Assembly: GCA_964016885.1 (NCBI GenBank)
Contig: OZ024747.1
Span: 90,210,001 to 90,274,000 of the forward strand
Direction: 5' to 3'
Length of the DNA: 64,000 bases
Source of the DNA: Eledone cirrhosa
Lineage: Eukaryota
Below are positions 1 through 11,160 of this stretch, piece after piece. Each line of letters opens with the position of its first letter. Position 1 is the first letter of the stretch. Under the pieces are notes generated by a model. That model was not told the DNA's origin and did no database searches. It saw nothing but the letters and a program-made list of their open reading frames with translations. Made by a program: the position numbers and the translations under genes.

Positions 1-615
1 GACCGTACCAACGTAGCCTTCTCTCGAGTAAACAACATCTGATCCCTCTTATTTCTAATTTTTTCCTTAGTTCGTTTATGCTTTGCCGTTCACGTATATT
101 ACTATTGCACATCCAGCGGAGCATGCAAGCTTCGTTCCTCTCTAGTCTGCGTATATCCTCTGCACACAATGCCCAGGTCTCACTGCCATGCAGCATTGCT
201 GTTCGTATGCAGGCATCGTATAACCTGCCTTTCATTTTTAGGGAGAACCCTCTAGCGGCTAATAGTGGTATAAGCTCTCTGAACTTTTTCCATCCAGTTC
301 TGACTCTAGCTACTGTACTTTCAGAGCACCCTCCCCCACTGCTGATTTTGTCACCCAGATAACGGAAGCTGTCCACTATTTCTATAGAACCCTCTGCGCA
401 GTTGAAGGAGCTAGTATTTTGTGGGCACTTGCTGCTACTTATTGCACCAGAGCACCGGCCACATGTAAAATCTATGTTCTTAGTTAGCTTACCTGTGATC
501 CCACTACATCTTTTATGCACCCATACTTTGCATTTGGGACATAAAATGGAGTTTCTACCTACGCCTTTCCTACACACTGAGCATGGCCATTTCCCCGATG
601 GGACCGCCGCCTTAT
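1..615 (-). mobile_element. RTE-clade LINE, 5'-truncated copy (C-terminal ORF part; runs off the window start)
   Basis: Matches 53983-54597 at constant offset 53982, with one substitution seen (C214 vs G54196). Breaks off at ...gccttat into an (ATC)n tract. Confidence 0.92.
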
Positions 616-699
616 ATATCATCATCATCATCATCATCATCATTTTTATGTCCGCTTTTCCCTGCTTGCAAGGGTGGGAATATATATGTGTGTGTATGA

Positions 700-1020
700 T
701 AACTTTGATAACTATAATAGGTTTCGGCCAGTATTGGCTGAGGCCATGTAATAGCACCACCTGGCGAAGTCTTTCTAATCGGGATTTGGGTACCATGGCC
801 CACTCAATATGAGAGTCATATCCGGGTGTAGGAGGTTTATCCGGGATTTCTTGAAGGAATTTGTCCAAAGACTTCTTGAACTTGATGGGGTCTGTTTCTG
901 TTTTAATGTGTTTTGGTGTAATGTTAAAGAGAGCGGGGCCAATTGAGGTGAAATAATTGTGCTGTATTGTTGTTATGAGATGCGAGTGAGATTTTTGTCG
1001 TGGGTGGATAGCACGGGGCT
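700..1020 (-). mobile_element. CR1/L2-group LINE 3' end remnant
   Basis: Minus strand reads HNYFTSIGPALFNITPKHIKTETDPIKFKKSLDKFLQEIPDKPPTPGY, matching the GP.LFN..P / FK..LD.FL..IPD.P..PGY C-terminal pattern of CR1-group ORF2. Confidence 0.7.
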
Positions 1021-1534
1021 ATCCAGCTGTAGAAATCAAACCAGAATCAGTTCCCGTCCCACCCTTGCAAGCAGTGAAAAAGCGGACGTAAAATGAAATG
1101 ATGATGATGATGATGATATACACACACATACATACAAAAATATTTATATATATATATATATAAATACACACACACACACGCACACACACATATATATATA
1201 TATTATCAACACCTAAGAATGAAAGACAATAATACAACAGAATAATGGTTTGGTTCCTCACATTACAATTCTCAATTTGCATATTTTTTGCCTGATTTTC
1301 TTTAGAATGTTCTGGATATAGCAATTTGGCTTGAGAAATATGTCATGAAGTATTAAAATATATTTATACATAGCTTGAAAGAAAAGAAAAAGAAAAAGAA
1401 TTTATTATTTGCAATACGACTTTTCTTAAACTGACAACTTTATAGAATGTCTCTAATGGTTTATATAAATCAACAATGATAAAGCAGGTCTTCTTATATG
1501 CATCCTTTTGGAAACATATTTATGATTATTATGT

Positions 1535-1719
1535 GCAGTGAATTGGCAGTATTGGTAGAGGGTCAGACATGCTTTCCAGCGTAGTTACGTCCCTTTACGA
1601 TCTGAGTTCAAATCCCGCCGAGGTTAACTTTGCCTTTCATCCTTACAGGGTCGATAAAATAAAGTACCAGTAATACATTGGATAATTGCTGGCTTTGTGC
1701 CAAAAGTAGAAACAATTAT
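1535..1719 (+). mobile_element. SINE-A (tRNA-derived, ~185-225 bp), representative copy
   Basis: A-box-like TGGCAGTATTGG, B-box GAGTTCAAATCC, core GCCTTTCATCCTTACAGGGTCGATAAAATAAAGTACCAG (resembles the MetaSINE-type core) and (ATT)n tail. Further isolated copies at ~4695-4888, 8178-8369, 21194-21490, 29570-29710, 48195-48410 (+) and 46125-46337, 56875-57064, 60246-60436 (-). Confidence 0.9.
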
Positions 1720-1756
1720 GTATATAACTTACTAGAAATTTCTTGATATATATATA

Positions 1757-2090
1757 TCATCATCATCATTTTACGTCCACTTTTCCCTGCTTGCAAGGGT
1801 GGGACGGGAACTGATTCTGGCTTGATTTCTACAGCTGGATGCCCTTCCTAACAGCACCGCATTTACAGTGAGTGGTAAGTACTTTTTTTACGTGGCGCCT
1901 ACATGAACACTTTGCAGTGGAATGATAGGGACCCCAGTCCTATCATCTCATTTCTACAGCTGAGTAAACTGGAGCAATGTGAAATAAAGAGTCTTGCTCA
2001 AGGAAACAACACATCACCCGGTCTGAGAATTGAACTCACAACCCTTCAATTGCAAGCCCAATGCTCTAACCACTAATCCATGTGCCGCCA
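1757..2090 (-). mobile_element. SINE-B (tRNA head, CORE-like centre, RTE-type tail), full-length copy
   Basis: Minus strand: TGGATTAGTGGTTAGAGC (A box), GAGTTCAATTC (B box), TCCTTGAGCAAGACTCTTTA, GGAAGGGCATCCAGCTGTAG, terminal stem-loop and (GAT)n tail. Same family as 33864-34268 and 34740-35080. Confidence 0.88.
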
Positions 2091-2582
2091 TATATATATA
2101 TATAAACAATTTTTTAAAATAAGTAAAAAAATATAATTTAAATATTTACCTATTCCAATTGCTTTTACTGACGGTTTCATTTCACAAAAGATTGAAGATC
2201 CCTAGGGACTTCCAATGGAAAAGTTTAGATCATCAGAGACCATTTTCCTTTCCTAGGACAAAAAGTCCCAGGAACGGCAAAATATATTGCCATCTGCCAG
2301 CTAGCACAGCATTGAAAAGGGCCAAAAATTTGACCTATGCATGAATCAGCCCTTAGTAGAAGCGGAAGTAAACATAGACGCATTGTCTACCTCGCCACTA
2401 AAAATAGCAGGTAAATAGAACAACAGATTTGTTCTCCCTCTCTCTCTCACTCTCTCTCTCTCTCTCTCTCTCTATTTTTATCTTTATTTTTTATTTTTTC
2501 ATTTGCACCGTTTCCTTTCGCTATATGTCTCTCCACCACTCCCCTACACACCCTTTGAACTCTGTTCCCACACACTTCTCAC

Positions 2583-2610
2583 CTGAGGAAGGGCTTATGC
2601 CCGAAACGTC
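2583..2610 (+). ncRNA. Minimal hammerhead-like motif (stem I weak)
   Basis: CTGAGGA-A-GGGC(TTAT)GCCC-GAAA-C-GTC. A related truncated copy with the same downstream flank lies at 36312-36415. Confidence 0.55.
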
Positions 2611-2708
2611 GTCCCCCACCAACACCCCACTCTCCAGAGCGTGAAATTAATAAACATTCATTGTACTGCCTCTCTGTTTTGTCCCTGTTCAAATTTTTCC
2701 ATTATATA

Positions 2709-2843
<135 letters not shown>

Positions 2844-3043
2844 GGGATAACAAGTTATTGTTTTAGGTAATCTAGTTAGAGGTTGTGAATACTCTGTACT
2901 ATGGATAGTTTTAACGTACAGTGTTATTTGACTCAACAAGAGGTTTCCTTAGTTAGGTACTGAGTTTATGAGAATTCCTATGTAGGTTATTCACATATAT
3001 ATATATATGTGTATATATGTATGTGTGTTTATATATATACATG

Positions 3044-3116
<73 letters not shown>

Positions 3117-3202
3117 TATCCGGGAGCTTCCAACAGTAATGGTTGCATTTTTTAAGGGTATGTCAATATTTATTTATAAAACTGATCTATATTATATTTT
3201 AT

Positions 3203-3249
3203 CTGATGAAAGCACACCATAATTTGACTTGGTGTCCTTGAAATATGTA
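3203..3249 (+). ncRNA. Decayed hammerhead-like motif
   Basis: CTGATGA, stem II AAGCACACC/GGTGTCCTT (8 of 9 pairs), GAAA-TAT-GTA. Stem I is not convincing. Confidence 0.45.
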
Positions 3250-3414
3250 TAATGAAATAAATATGGTTTTATAAATATAGTTTCCATTTGTTAATATCGT
3301 ATTTTTACTCCAAATATTTGTTGAGTGCTTTATATCAGTTATAAAAATATTTGCTTGTTGTATCCCAACAATTTAAATAGAACTTTTACATATATATATA
3401 TATATATATATATA

Positions 3415-3731
3415 TCAATTAAGAATATTTTCGAAACAGCGAGTGGGTTTGAAATTATTAGAAATGTAAGCTTTCGCCATATTTTGACTAAAGAAATTAA
3501 AGAAATTATTTAGCCTGATAGTGGGGTTAACAATGAAATAGAAATGGAGGAGAAATGGAAAAAGATGAGTATTGATGTGTATGTCAATACTCATCTTTTT
3601 CCATTTCTCTGAGGGTTCTTAACCCCACTATCAGGCTAAATAATTTCTTTAATTACTTTAGTCAAAATACAGCGATAGCTTACATTTCTAATAATTTCAA
3701 ACCCACTCGCTGTTTCGAAAATATTCTTAAT

Positions 3732-3734
<3 letters not shown>
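3415..3734. repeat. ~320-bp fold-back palindrome embedded in (TA)n
   Basis: 3415-3530 is the reverse complement of ~3619-3734 with few mismatches. A nested ~25-bp inner inverted pair surrounds ~3580. (TA)n on both sides. Confidence 0.9.
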
Positions 3735-3817
<83 letters not shown>

Positions 3818-3853
3818 TAGGTGTCACGACATATATATATATATATATATATA

Positions 3854-4103
3854 TCGTGTAGGTGTCACGACAAAAAAACACACAGTCCACGCTGTAATGT
3901 GGCCGTGTAGGCAACACGGTAAAAACCTCCCAGACCCACACTGTAAATGTGGTTGGTGTTAGGAAGGGCATCCAACTGTAGAAAACCTGCCAGACAGTCC
4001 TATGCGAGCAAGACAATCACTCTTGCCTCAAGTGGGACTACCCCCGTCCAAACCCATGCAAGCGTGGAACACGGACGTTAAACGTTGATGATGATGATGA
4101 TGA

Positions 4104-4107
<4 letters not shown>
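3854..4107 (+). mobile_element. 3'UTR fragment of the young RTE LINE
   Basis: Reverse complement of the 53275-53640 region with one unit of the internal repeat. Ends in the CCATGCAAGCGTGG stem-loop and (GAT)n. Confidence 0.85.
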
Positions 4108-4182
<75 letters not shown>

Positions 4183-4194
4183 AACACACATACA

Positions 4195-4234
<40 letters not shown>

Positions 4235-4291
4235 ACATATAAAGTAAGAAGAAATAGTAGACACAGATATATACCTATTTTTTCTTCAATG

Positions 4292-4382
4292 TCCCGACTG
4301 TACAGTTTCGCTGGTCAGTATGCAAAAATCTTACATCATAGAGATGCAACATTGTTGTGAGGTAAGCCAGCTTTTCAAGGGA
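4292..4382 (-). ncRNA. Type I hammerhead ribozyme with U3-A8 variant core
   Basis: Minus strand: stem I TCCC, core TTGAAAA, stem II GCTGG...CCAGC, GAAA, palindromic stem III (ACTGTACAGT), GTC cleavage triplet, stem I' GGGA. Confidence 0.7.
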
Positions 4383-4896
4383 ACACCTCAGGGAAAGAGC
4401 GCTTCTGGACACATCTGTAGCATGCTAGAAAATCTCAAAAAGGCGGAGGGAGATACTATCACGTGATACACCGGTCAAGAAAGGGGACTAAATCCCTTGT
4501 AGCAGTGAAAAATAACTCAGAAGTTGGAGGGGGATATTGATATGATACAGAGGCTACATAATCATAGAGCAACACTGGTTAAGGTCGACAACACACAATC
4601 TCACATACTTGTGAAAAAGTATATGTGTATATATACATGTGTATGTATGTATGCACATATATGTGCGCACCTCTCATTATTGTATATATTTAAGGGTGGT
4701 GGGTTGGCAGTATTGGTAGAGGCGTTGGACGCCATGCTTTGACGCATAGAGTTACGGCCCTTGCCATTCTGAGTTAAAATCCCACCGAGGTTAACTTCGC
4801 CTTTCATCCTTACGGGGTCAATAAAATAAAGTACCAGTATTGTACTGGGTAATTACTGGCCTTGTGCCAAAATGTATAAACAATTATTGTATATAT

Positions 4897-5400
4897 ATCA
4901 GCATCATCATCATCATCATCATCATCATCGTTTAACGTCCATATTCCACGCTTGCATGGGTTTGGACGAGAATTTTCCCACTTGAGGCAAGAGTGGTTGT
5001 CTTGCTCGCATAGGACTGTCTGGCGGGTTTTCTACGCCTGGATGCCCTTCCTAACACCAACCACGTTTACAGTGTGGAACTGGGAGCTTTTTACCGTGTT
5101 GCCTACACGGCCACATTAGAGCGTGGACTGTCTGGCGGGTTTTCTACAGCTGGATGCCCTTCCTAACACCAACCACGTTTACAGTGTGAACTGGGAGGTT
5201 TTTACCATGTTACCTACACGGCCACATTACAGCGTGGACTGTGTGTTTTTTTGTTGTGACACCTACACGATCTCATTTGTTTCGGACTGGATGTTGTGGT
5301 ACCAACATAACTTTACTTTGAAAGGGGTGGTGTGGATGGGGTGGGGGTAGTGGGACAGGGTGTATTTTTGTTAGAGGTGCCTACTGACTGTAGTAGGTTT
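4897..5400 (-). mobile_element. Nearly complete 3'UTR of the young RTE LINE
   Basis: Colinear with 53275-53770, including the ~112-bp internal tandem duplication. (TA)n on both sides. Confidence 0.9.
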
Positions 5401-5418
5401 CACTATATATACATATAT

Positions 5419-5464
<46 letters not shown>

Positions 5465-5479
5465 GTATATATATATATA

Positions 5480-7132
5480 AGGGCCACCCCTTATCAAAAT
5501 AGCAGATATTAGTGTAGGTTATGCTCCCAAGAACTATTTGAAATCATGAAATCTAATGATATCCTATTAAATAAGCGACAGGAGTTAATTATATCATGCA
5601 ATCATAGAAAACCTTCAAATATTATAAACTTAATTAGTATGTAGAAGATCATGCCACCTAGCTTTGACTTTGGAGGCAGTCGATTAACTGTCCTTAGTTC
5701 TGACGTTACATTCTGACATCACTAGCTGAATAAACTCTCTCTTCGACTTTTGTCTCTAGAGGCGAACAGACGCATTTCACGGTGGCGAAACAGCGATAGC
5801 ACACCATGCGGTCACGGGATAATTGAAGACTGCCAATTAATGATAATTACGAATTACCAACCTAGGAACAACTGATATGATAACCTGTTTTGTTAATTGC
5901 TCTGATTAAAATGCTCAATTACATATAATCTCAAGGTATGTTTTTTATTTGCTTAATTGTGTACCCACATCTAACAACAAATAGTAGAGATGTTCTACCA
6001 GCCAAAGCTAGGGAAACGAACTCCCCTCTAAATCATAAAAACAACGCAGCCTTCTAAAATGGTGACCATCTCTCTTAAAAGTATATACCTCACTCTTATA
6101 TTTTACAAATCATTAAAAACTTTTTTAATTTAGTTAACCTATAATTAGAAATTTACTACATAGAATTTCATAATTTTATTTCCCTCTTACAGCTCACTTT
6201 ACCTAAAGTTATCTTTAACCTCACTACTTCTTTTAACCGCATCCCCTATTTATCACATTTAATACCTAGGATTATTAAATATAATTAATATCTTTAATAT
6301 TATGGATGTTTAGATGGATACACTGCTTTTTATAAAATTTTATCTATTTCAGTTTTTCTATATATATTTTTATTTTTTTTTTTTTTTCCCTTCTTTATTT
6401 ATCACATCCATAAGAATTAATATAATTTTAACTCTGTAAGTATACCTATCAATTAATTTAATTTTTTTTTATGTTTCTAGGTTCCTTGAAATTTAAACAG
6501 GAGTAGTATTTCTCACTAACACTCTCATCCCACAAATTTTAACAGCATTTTTAATAACATCAACTTTTGGGGGGATTCTTTCACTATCTCCTTGATTTGA
6601 TCTTATTTTAACCCCTATCTTTCTCTTCCCCATTGTATTCTTTTCATTCAAAGCATACATTTACATTCCTCCACTCCTACATTCCTCCACCAAGTTCTAC
6701 TACTGTTATTCTATCAACTTGACCTCTAACTCTTTTCTATTGGTCAATTCAAAACCTGTTCTCAAACAGACTTTTTATATTAATACTTTGTTTCTTTCAA
6801 TAAACATACTCCATCATTTCTGAAGATGGCATATATAAGTGAAGGTATGTATGTCTCCTCTGATAATTTGTAATATTTTTTACATAGATCTTTAACATGA
6901 TATACATACCAACATACACATATATATCCCAGAAAGGATCGTAAAATGATGAATTTTTCAATATAAGGAACCTGTTCGTTGTTTTTATTCATTGTTTTTA
7001 TTATTTATCTTGACTCTGTTTTCCTATGATATTTTGAATGCATTTTCTCTTTTCATGATATCTTCTATATTTGGATTACATTGAGTTCTTCATACGGATT
7101 GGACACTAGCGTTTATTTTGGTAGATTTATCT
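5480..7132 (+). mobile_element. Penelope-like element 3' remnant (GIY-YIG C-terminus plus long 3' region with hammerhead)
   Basis: 5480-5644 reads RATPYQNSRY*CRLCSQELFEIMKSNDILLNKRQELIISCNHRK, the A.PY...C.LC..E...I...LLNKR.E...C.H ending of PLE GIY-YIG proteins. Hammerhead at 6812-6951. (TA)n on both sides. Continuity of the intervening DNA is inferred. Confidence 0.7.
6812..6951 (+). ncRNA. Type I hammerhead ribozyme with long stem II insert
   Basis: Stem I CATCATTT(6812-6819)/AAATGATG(6944-6951) pairs 8 of 8. CTGAAGA 6820-6826; stem II TGGCATATATA/TATATATCCCA; GAAA 6932-6935; palindromic GATC loop; GTA triplet. Position 15.2 is G where C is expected. Confidence 0.7.
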
Positions 7133-7134
7133 AC

Positions 7135-7191
<57 letters not shown>

Positions 7192-7203
7192 CATATACAT
7201 ACA

Positions 7204-7248
<45 letters not shown>

Positions 7249-7252
7249 ATAT

Positions 7253-7389
7253 ATATTTATTAAAATAACAGATTAAAGTTTAAGCAAAGAATCGCTGCTT
7301 TCACTCTTAACGGGATCTTCTGAAGATCCTGTTAAGGGTGAAAGCAGCGATTCTTTGCTTAAACTTTAATCTGTTATTTTAATAAATAT
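7253..7389. repeat. 137-bp hairpin (68-bp arms, 1-nt loop) centred on a hammerhead-like core
   Basis: Arms are reverse complements with two mismatches, centre T7321. The right arm starts CTGAAGA-TCCTGTTAAGGGT-GAAA. Confidence 0.9.
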
Positions 7390-7498
7390 TTGCTCTACAG
7401 TTCTTATATATTTGATATATATTTATTCTTATCGAGCCCTCTTTGGATTTTAGTCTTCAAATTTATTATTATTACTATATATATATATATATACATAC

Positions 7499-7607
<109 letters not shown>

Positions 7608-8539
7608 ATACACACATATATATATATATATATAAAGAGAGAGAGATGAAAGTGTACTTTCTTCCACACATATATAAATATAAAAACAAATAAGTAGTAT
7701 ATGCACTTGGCATCTTTAAATAATCTAAAATTTTATGTATTTATTTTAAAGAAACGTTCCTGTTTCACAAAATCATATTCAATTTTCAATGAGTTTGCAA
7801 AGTAGATGAAACAAACTAAACATTTACAAGTCATATAAAACAACTTAAAAATTTATAACAGTTTAATGCTTCACAATGTACAAACTTTGGCAAATGTATT
7901 ATTTTAATTTTGACCAAACATTTAAGAGTGTTGTAGCCATTAGCACCTGTAGCATTTTATATATGTGATGTTTGATTTCGAAGTAACAGCTATATGCCTT
8001 AACCCTTTTTATACTAATGAGTCAAAATCGCTTCTGGTTCTGTGAATGAAAACTACTAATTTTAAAGGGTTCCTATTTAAACTAAAATCTTCCATTATTT
8101 GTAAGTTACAATCTTAGAAATAAACTGATTAATATTTTAAATAAATCCCTTAGAATTCTCCATTATTTAATTGTAAAGGGCAGTGAATTGGCAGTATCGG
8201 TGGAGGGTCAGATGCCATGCTTTGCAGCATAGAGTTACGGCCCCTTTACGATCTGAGTTCAAATTCAAAGGTTAGCTTTGCCTTTCATTCTTAAGGGGTC
8301 GATAAAATAAAGTACCAGTAAGGCACTGGGGTAATTGCTGGCCTTGTGCCAAACGTTGAAACAATTATTTAATTGTAATAGAATATATTTCTTGAGAAAT
8401 ACGGTTGCATTTTTATTCTCTTTTCTATTACTGGTTTCAATAATGTTTGTCATGCTTCTGGTTTTTATTCTACCATATTGTTTGTTTAATTTTGGTTTCT
8501 ATTTCTTAATAAACATTTTCTTTTTTTAAATTTGCTCTA

Positions 8540-9810
8540 TAGTTTTGTTCAGCATATTGATATAATGGAAAAATTTAATATTTTGGGGACTTTTTTGTTG
8601 CACATAAATCATTACTTTCTCTAATGGGTCTGGTACTAAGGTCTTGTATCTGTTGATAGTTCCTTATTGTATTCCTCAGGGTTTGTCCTGTTTACCTTAT
8701 GTAACTATCATTACATCAATTACATTTAATAACATAAAATAAATTTCTTGATGGACAGGACACATGGAATGATTCTTTATGGAAAATAATTGTCCTGATT
8801 TAAATTCATTTGATGTGTTTTCATTAAGTTTAATGCAGAGTCTGCAATTAAGAGGGCCACAGTTTTTGACTCTTAGTAATTATAATTTTGGCAGGTAATT
8901 TGGCGTTAGTTAAGTCATTATTTCAAGGATTTTGGTTGTCCTTTATTTTCTATAATTTTTGTGTCTTTCTTCAAGAATAAAATATGCTGCTGGATGATGT
9001 ATGATTCTGTATTTCTTGAATTAATGGTTGATATATCGGGCAAAGTATTGAAAGTATCTTTTACTCTTTTATATATGGTTTTTGCAAGTTCTATTCCATT
9101 CTTAATTATTGTTACAAGGTACTGTCTTTTGTGTTTTGAAATTAGATACAATTGTACAATCCTTTCTTGACAGATTAAGTGGAACATTTTTTCTGTGTTT
9201 CGGATGTCATGAAGAAAATAACAAATATTGTTTTGACTAGATGTCGGTTTTGATGTTTATGTCTTTTTTAATGATTAAGATGTCCAAAAGAGATATGTAT
9301 GATTGTATTCCATTGTAAATTTAATACCGTGTTCTATTCAATTATTTAAAGTGTCCAGCTGTATTATAGATACGTATGAAATATACAGTATGTTTTTAAA
9401 AAATTGATATCAATGATGTCTTCCCAAAGTTTTCACATTGAAATATATATTGTGGATTATAATATATATTGTGGATATATATGTTTTATAATGTTGACAA
9501 ATTTTGAGGAATAAATCTTATGTTGTTCAACATTAAGCCTGTTCAGTCTCATTATCCTAGACTTTGTAGTTTTTGAGATATTTACATCTCAAATTACATC
9601 AATTGTTTTGAAACACCTTATATATCAATCTCGAATGTTTGAATGTTTACACTTCTAACTATGCCATTATAAGATAGCATAAGTTGGGGTAACATTTATT
9701 TCCAATGCAGTCTCAAATACTTGTCTGTAAATGTTATTGTTGAAAGTAAAAATCTACATTTTGCAGGATCATTGGGAGGTGGTATGTTAGTATACACTGA
9801 AATAGATTTT
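8540..9810 (-). mobile_element. Decayed Penelope-like element (RT and GIY-YIG)
   Basis: Minus-strand peptides in the expected order: SVYTNIP; FTFNNNIYRQVFETALEINVTPTYAIL; IKFTME; LLDILIIKKDINIKTDI; KQYLLFSS*HPKHRKNVPLNLSRK; SCPSRNLFYVIKCN*CNDSYI..TGQTLRN. Many stops and frameshifts. Confidence 0.8.
9383..9622. mobile_element. Possible Tc1/mariner-type MITE inside the PLE RT region
   Basis: Imperfect TIRs TACAGTATGTTTTTAAAAAATTGAT / ATCAATTGTTTTGAAACACCTTATA with TA ends; interrupts the PLE peptide order. Confidence 0.45.
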
Positions 9811-10756
9811 CTGCATGCATCATACATACATACATTCAAGGGATGACAATTTCTTTTCTTTTAGAACCTTGCCACCAGGAAGGTGGCCATTCAAAAATGT
9901 ACTCGAAATTAAGAGAAAGAGAATATACACAAATTCATATATACATACATATGTATGTATGTATGTGTGTATATATGCATACATACACACATACATACAT
10001 ACACTCATACATACACACACATACACATCCATAAACACACATATATACATACATACACATACATACGTACATACATACACAGACACATATATATATATAA
10101 CAAAGGAAATGTGGTAAGGAACCAGATAGACCATAACGCACCAAAGTACTCAATACTTAGGGTAGTAGAGTGGGTAATAGGAACAAGTATGACCCCGACG
10201 CAGAGCTCAAGCCGTTTCGTCAGGGTCATACTTGTTCCTATATATATATATATATGTATGCACATATGTGTGAATAAAACATTTATGTCATGAGTTAACA
10301 ATACATTTGTGATTCTATCTCATAAGTGATCCCTAAGAATGCAATTATAATTTCTTAACAGTCAGTTTGAAAAGAAGTTGCCTCCCCTGATAATCTTGAG
10401 ATTAACATTAACTTCCATCTTTACAGCAAGAATTGAAAGTAATATTTGTGTGTTTTCAGCAAAAGCTAAAATTTCAATAGTGCAATGTTGATTACATGAC
10501 AATACGATTCAGATGAATTAAGCCTAAGTTAGGGTTTTAATCTGTTATTGTATTGTGTCATTTCTGGGATTACTTGTTCATCCTTTTCAAACTATAAGCA
10601 TGACAGCATTGATCTTCAGTTTCTCTCTAACAGCAGATACGCCATTAACATGGTAAAACCCTAAGGCTTAACAAGAGGTTTTCTAATCTGTTTATCTGAT
10701 TAAAAACCTGTGTTATTATGAGCAGAATGCTTGTTTGTTCTAACAGAATTGCACTG

Positions 10757-10834
<78 letters not shown>

Positions 10835-11016
10835 AGTACCTTACTTACTGTGGTTACCTCCGATTCAACCCGGAATAACGTATATATATATATATATAGA
10901 TAGATAGATAGATAGATATATGTATATTTATTTATATTTAAAACTGATATTATTTTATTGCTGAAATATTGATTAGTTTTATTGTCTATTGAATAAGATG
11001 TTATTGCTTTCAATAG

Positions 11017-11073
11017 AGAAGTATTTGTAATGATGTTCTAGACTATGAAGATGATTTTAATTTCAATGAAACT
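11017..11073 (+). CDS. Candidate 57-nt internal exon (RSICNDVLDYEDDFNFNET), host gene unknown
   Basis: Preceded by TTATTGCTTTCAATAG, followed by GTAAGT, open in phase 0-0. No partner exon found and no homology recognised. Confidence 0.25.
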
Positions 11074-11160
11074 GTAAGTTTGTACAAAGTATTTGTAAAT
11101 ACTCACCTTAGTCTGATAAAATCTTAAAACGAATTGAAACCGAATAAGAGTGTGTTATCT

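Noticed and set aside
78-812. Plus-strand ORFs 78-362 and 402-812 (and twins at 54060-54785)
   Set aside because: Antisense shadows of the minus-strand RTE ORF.
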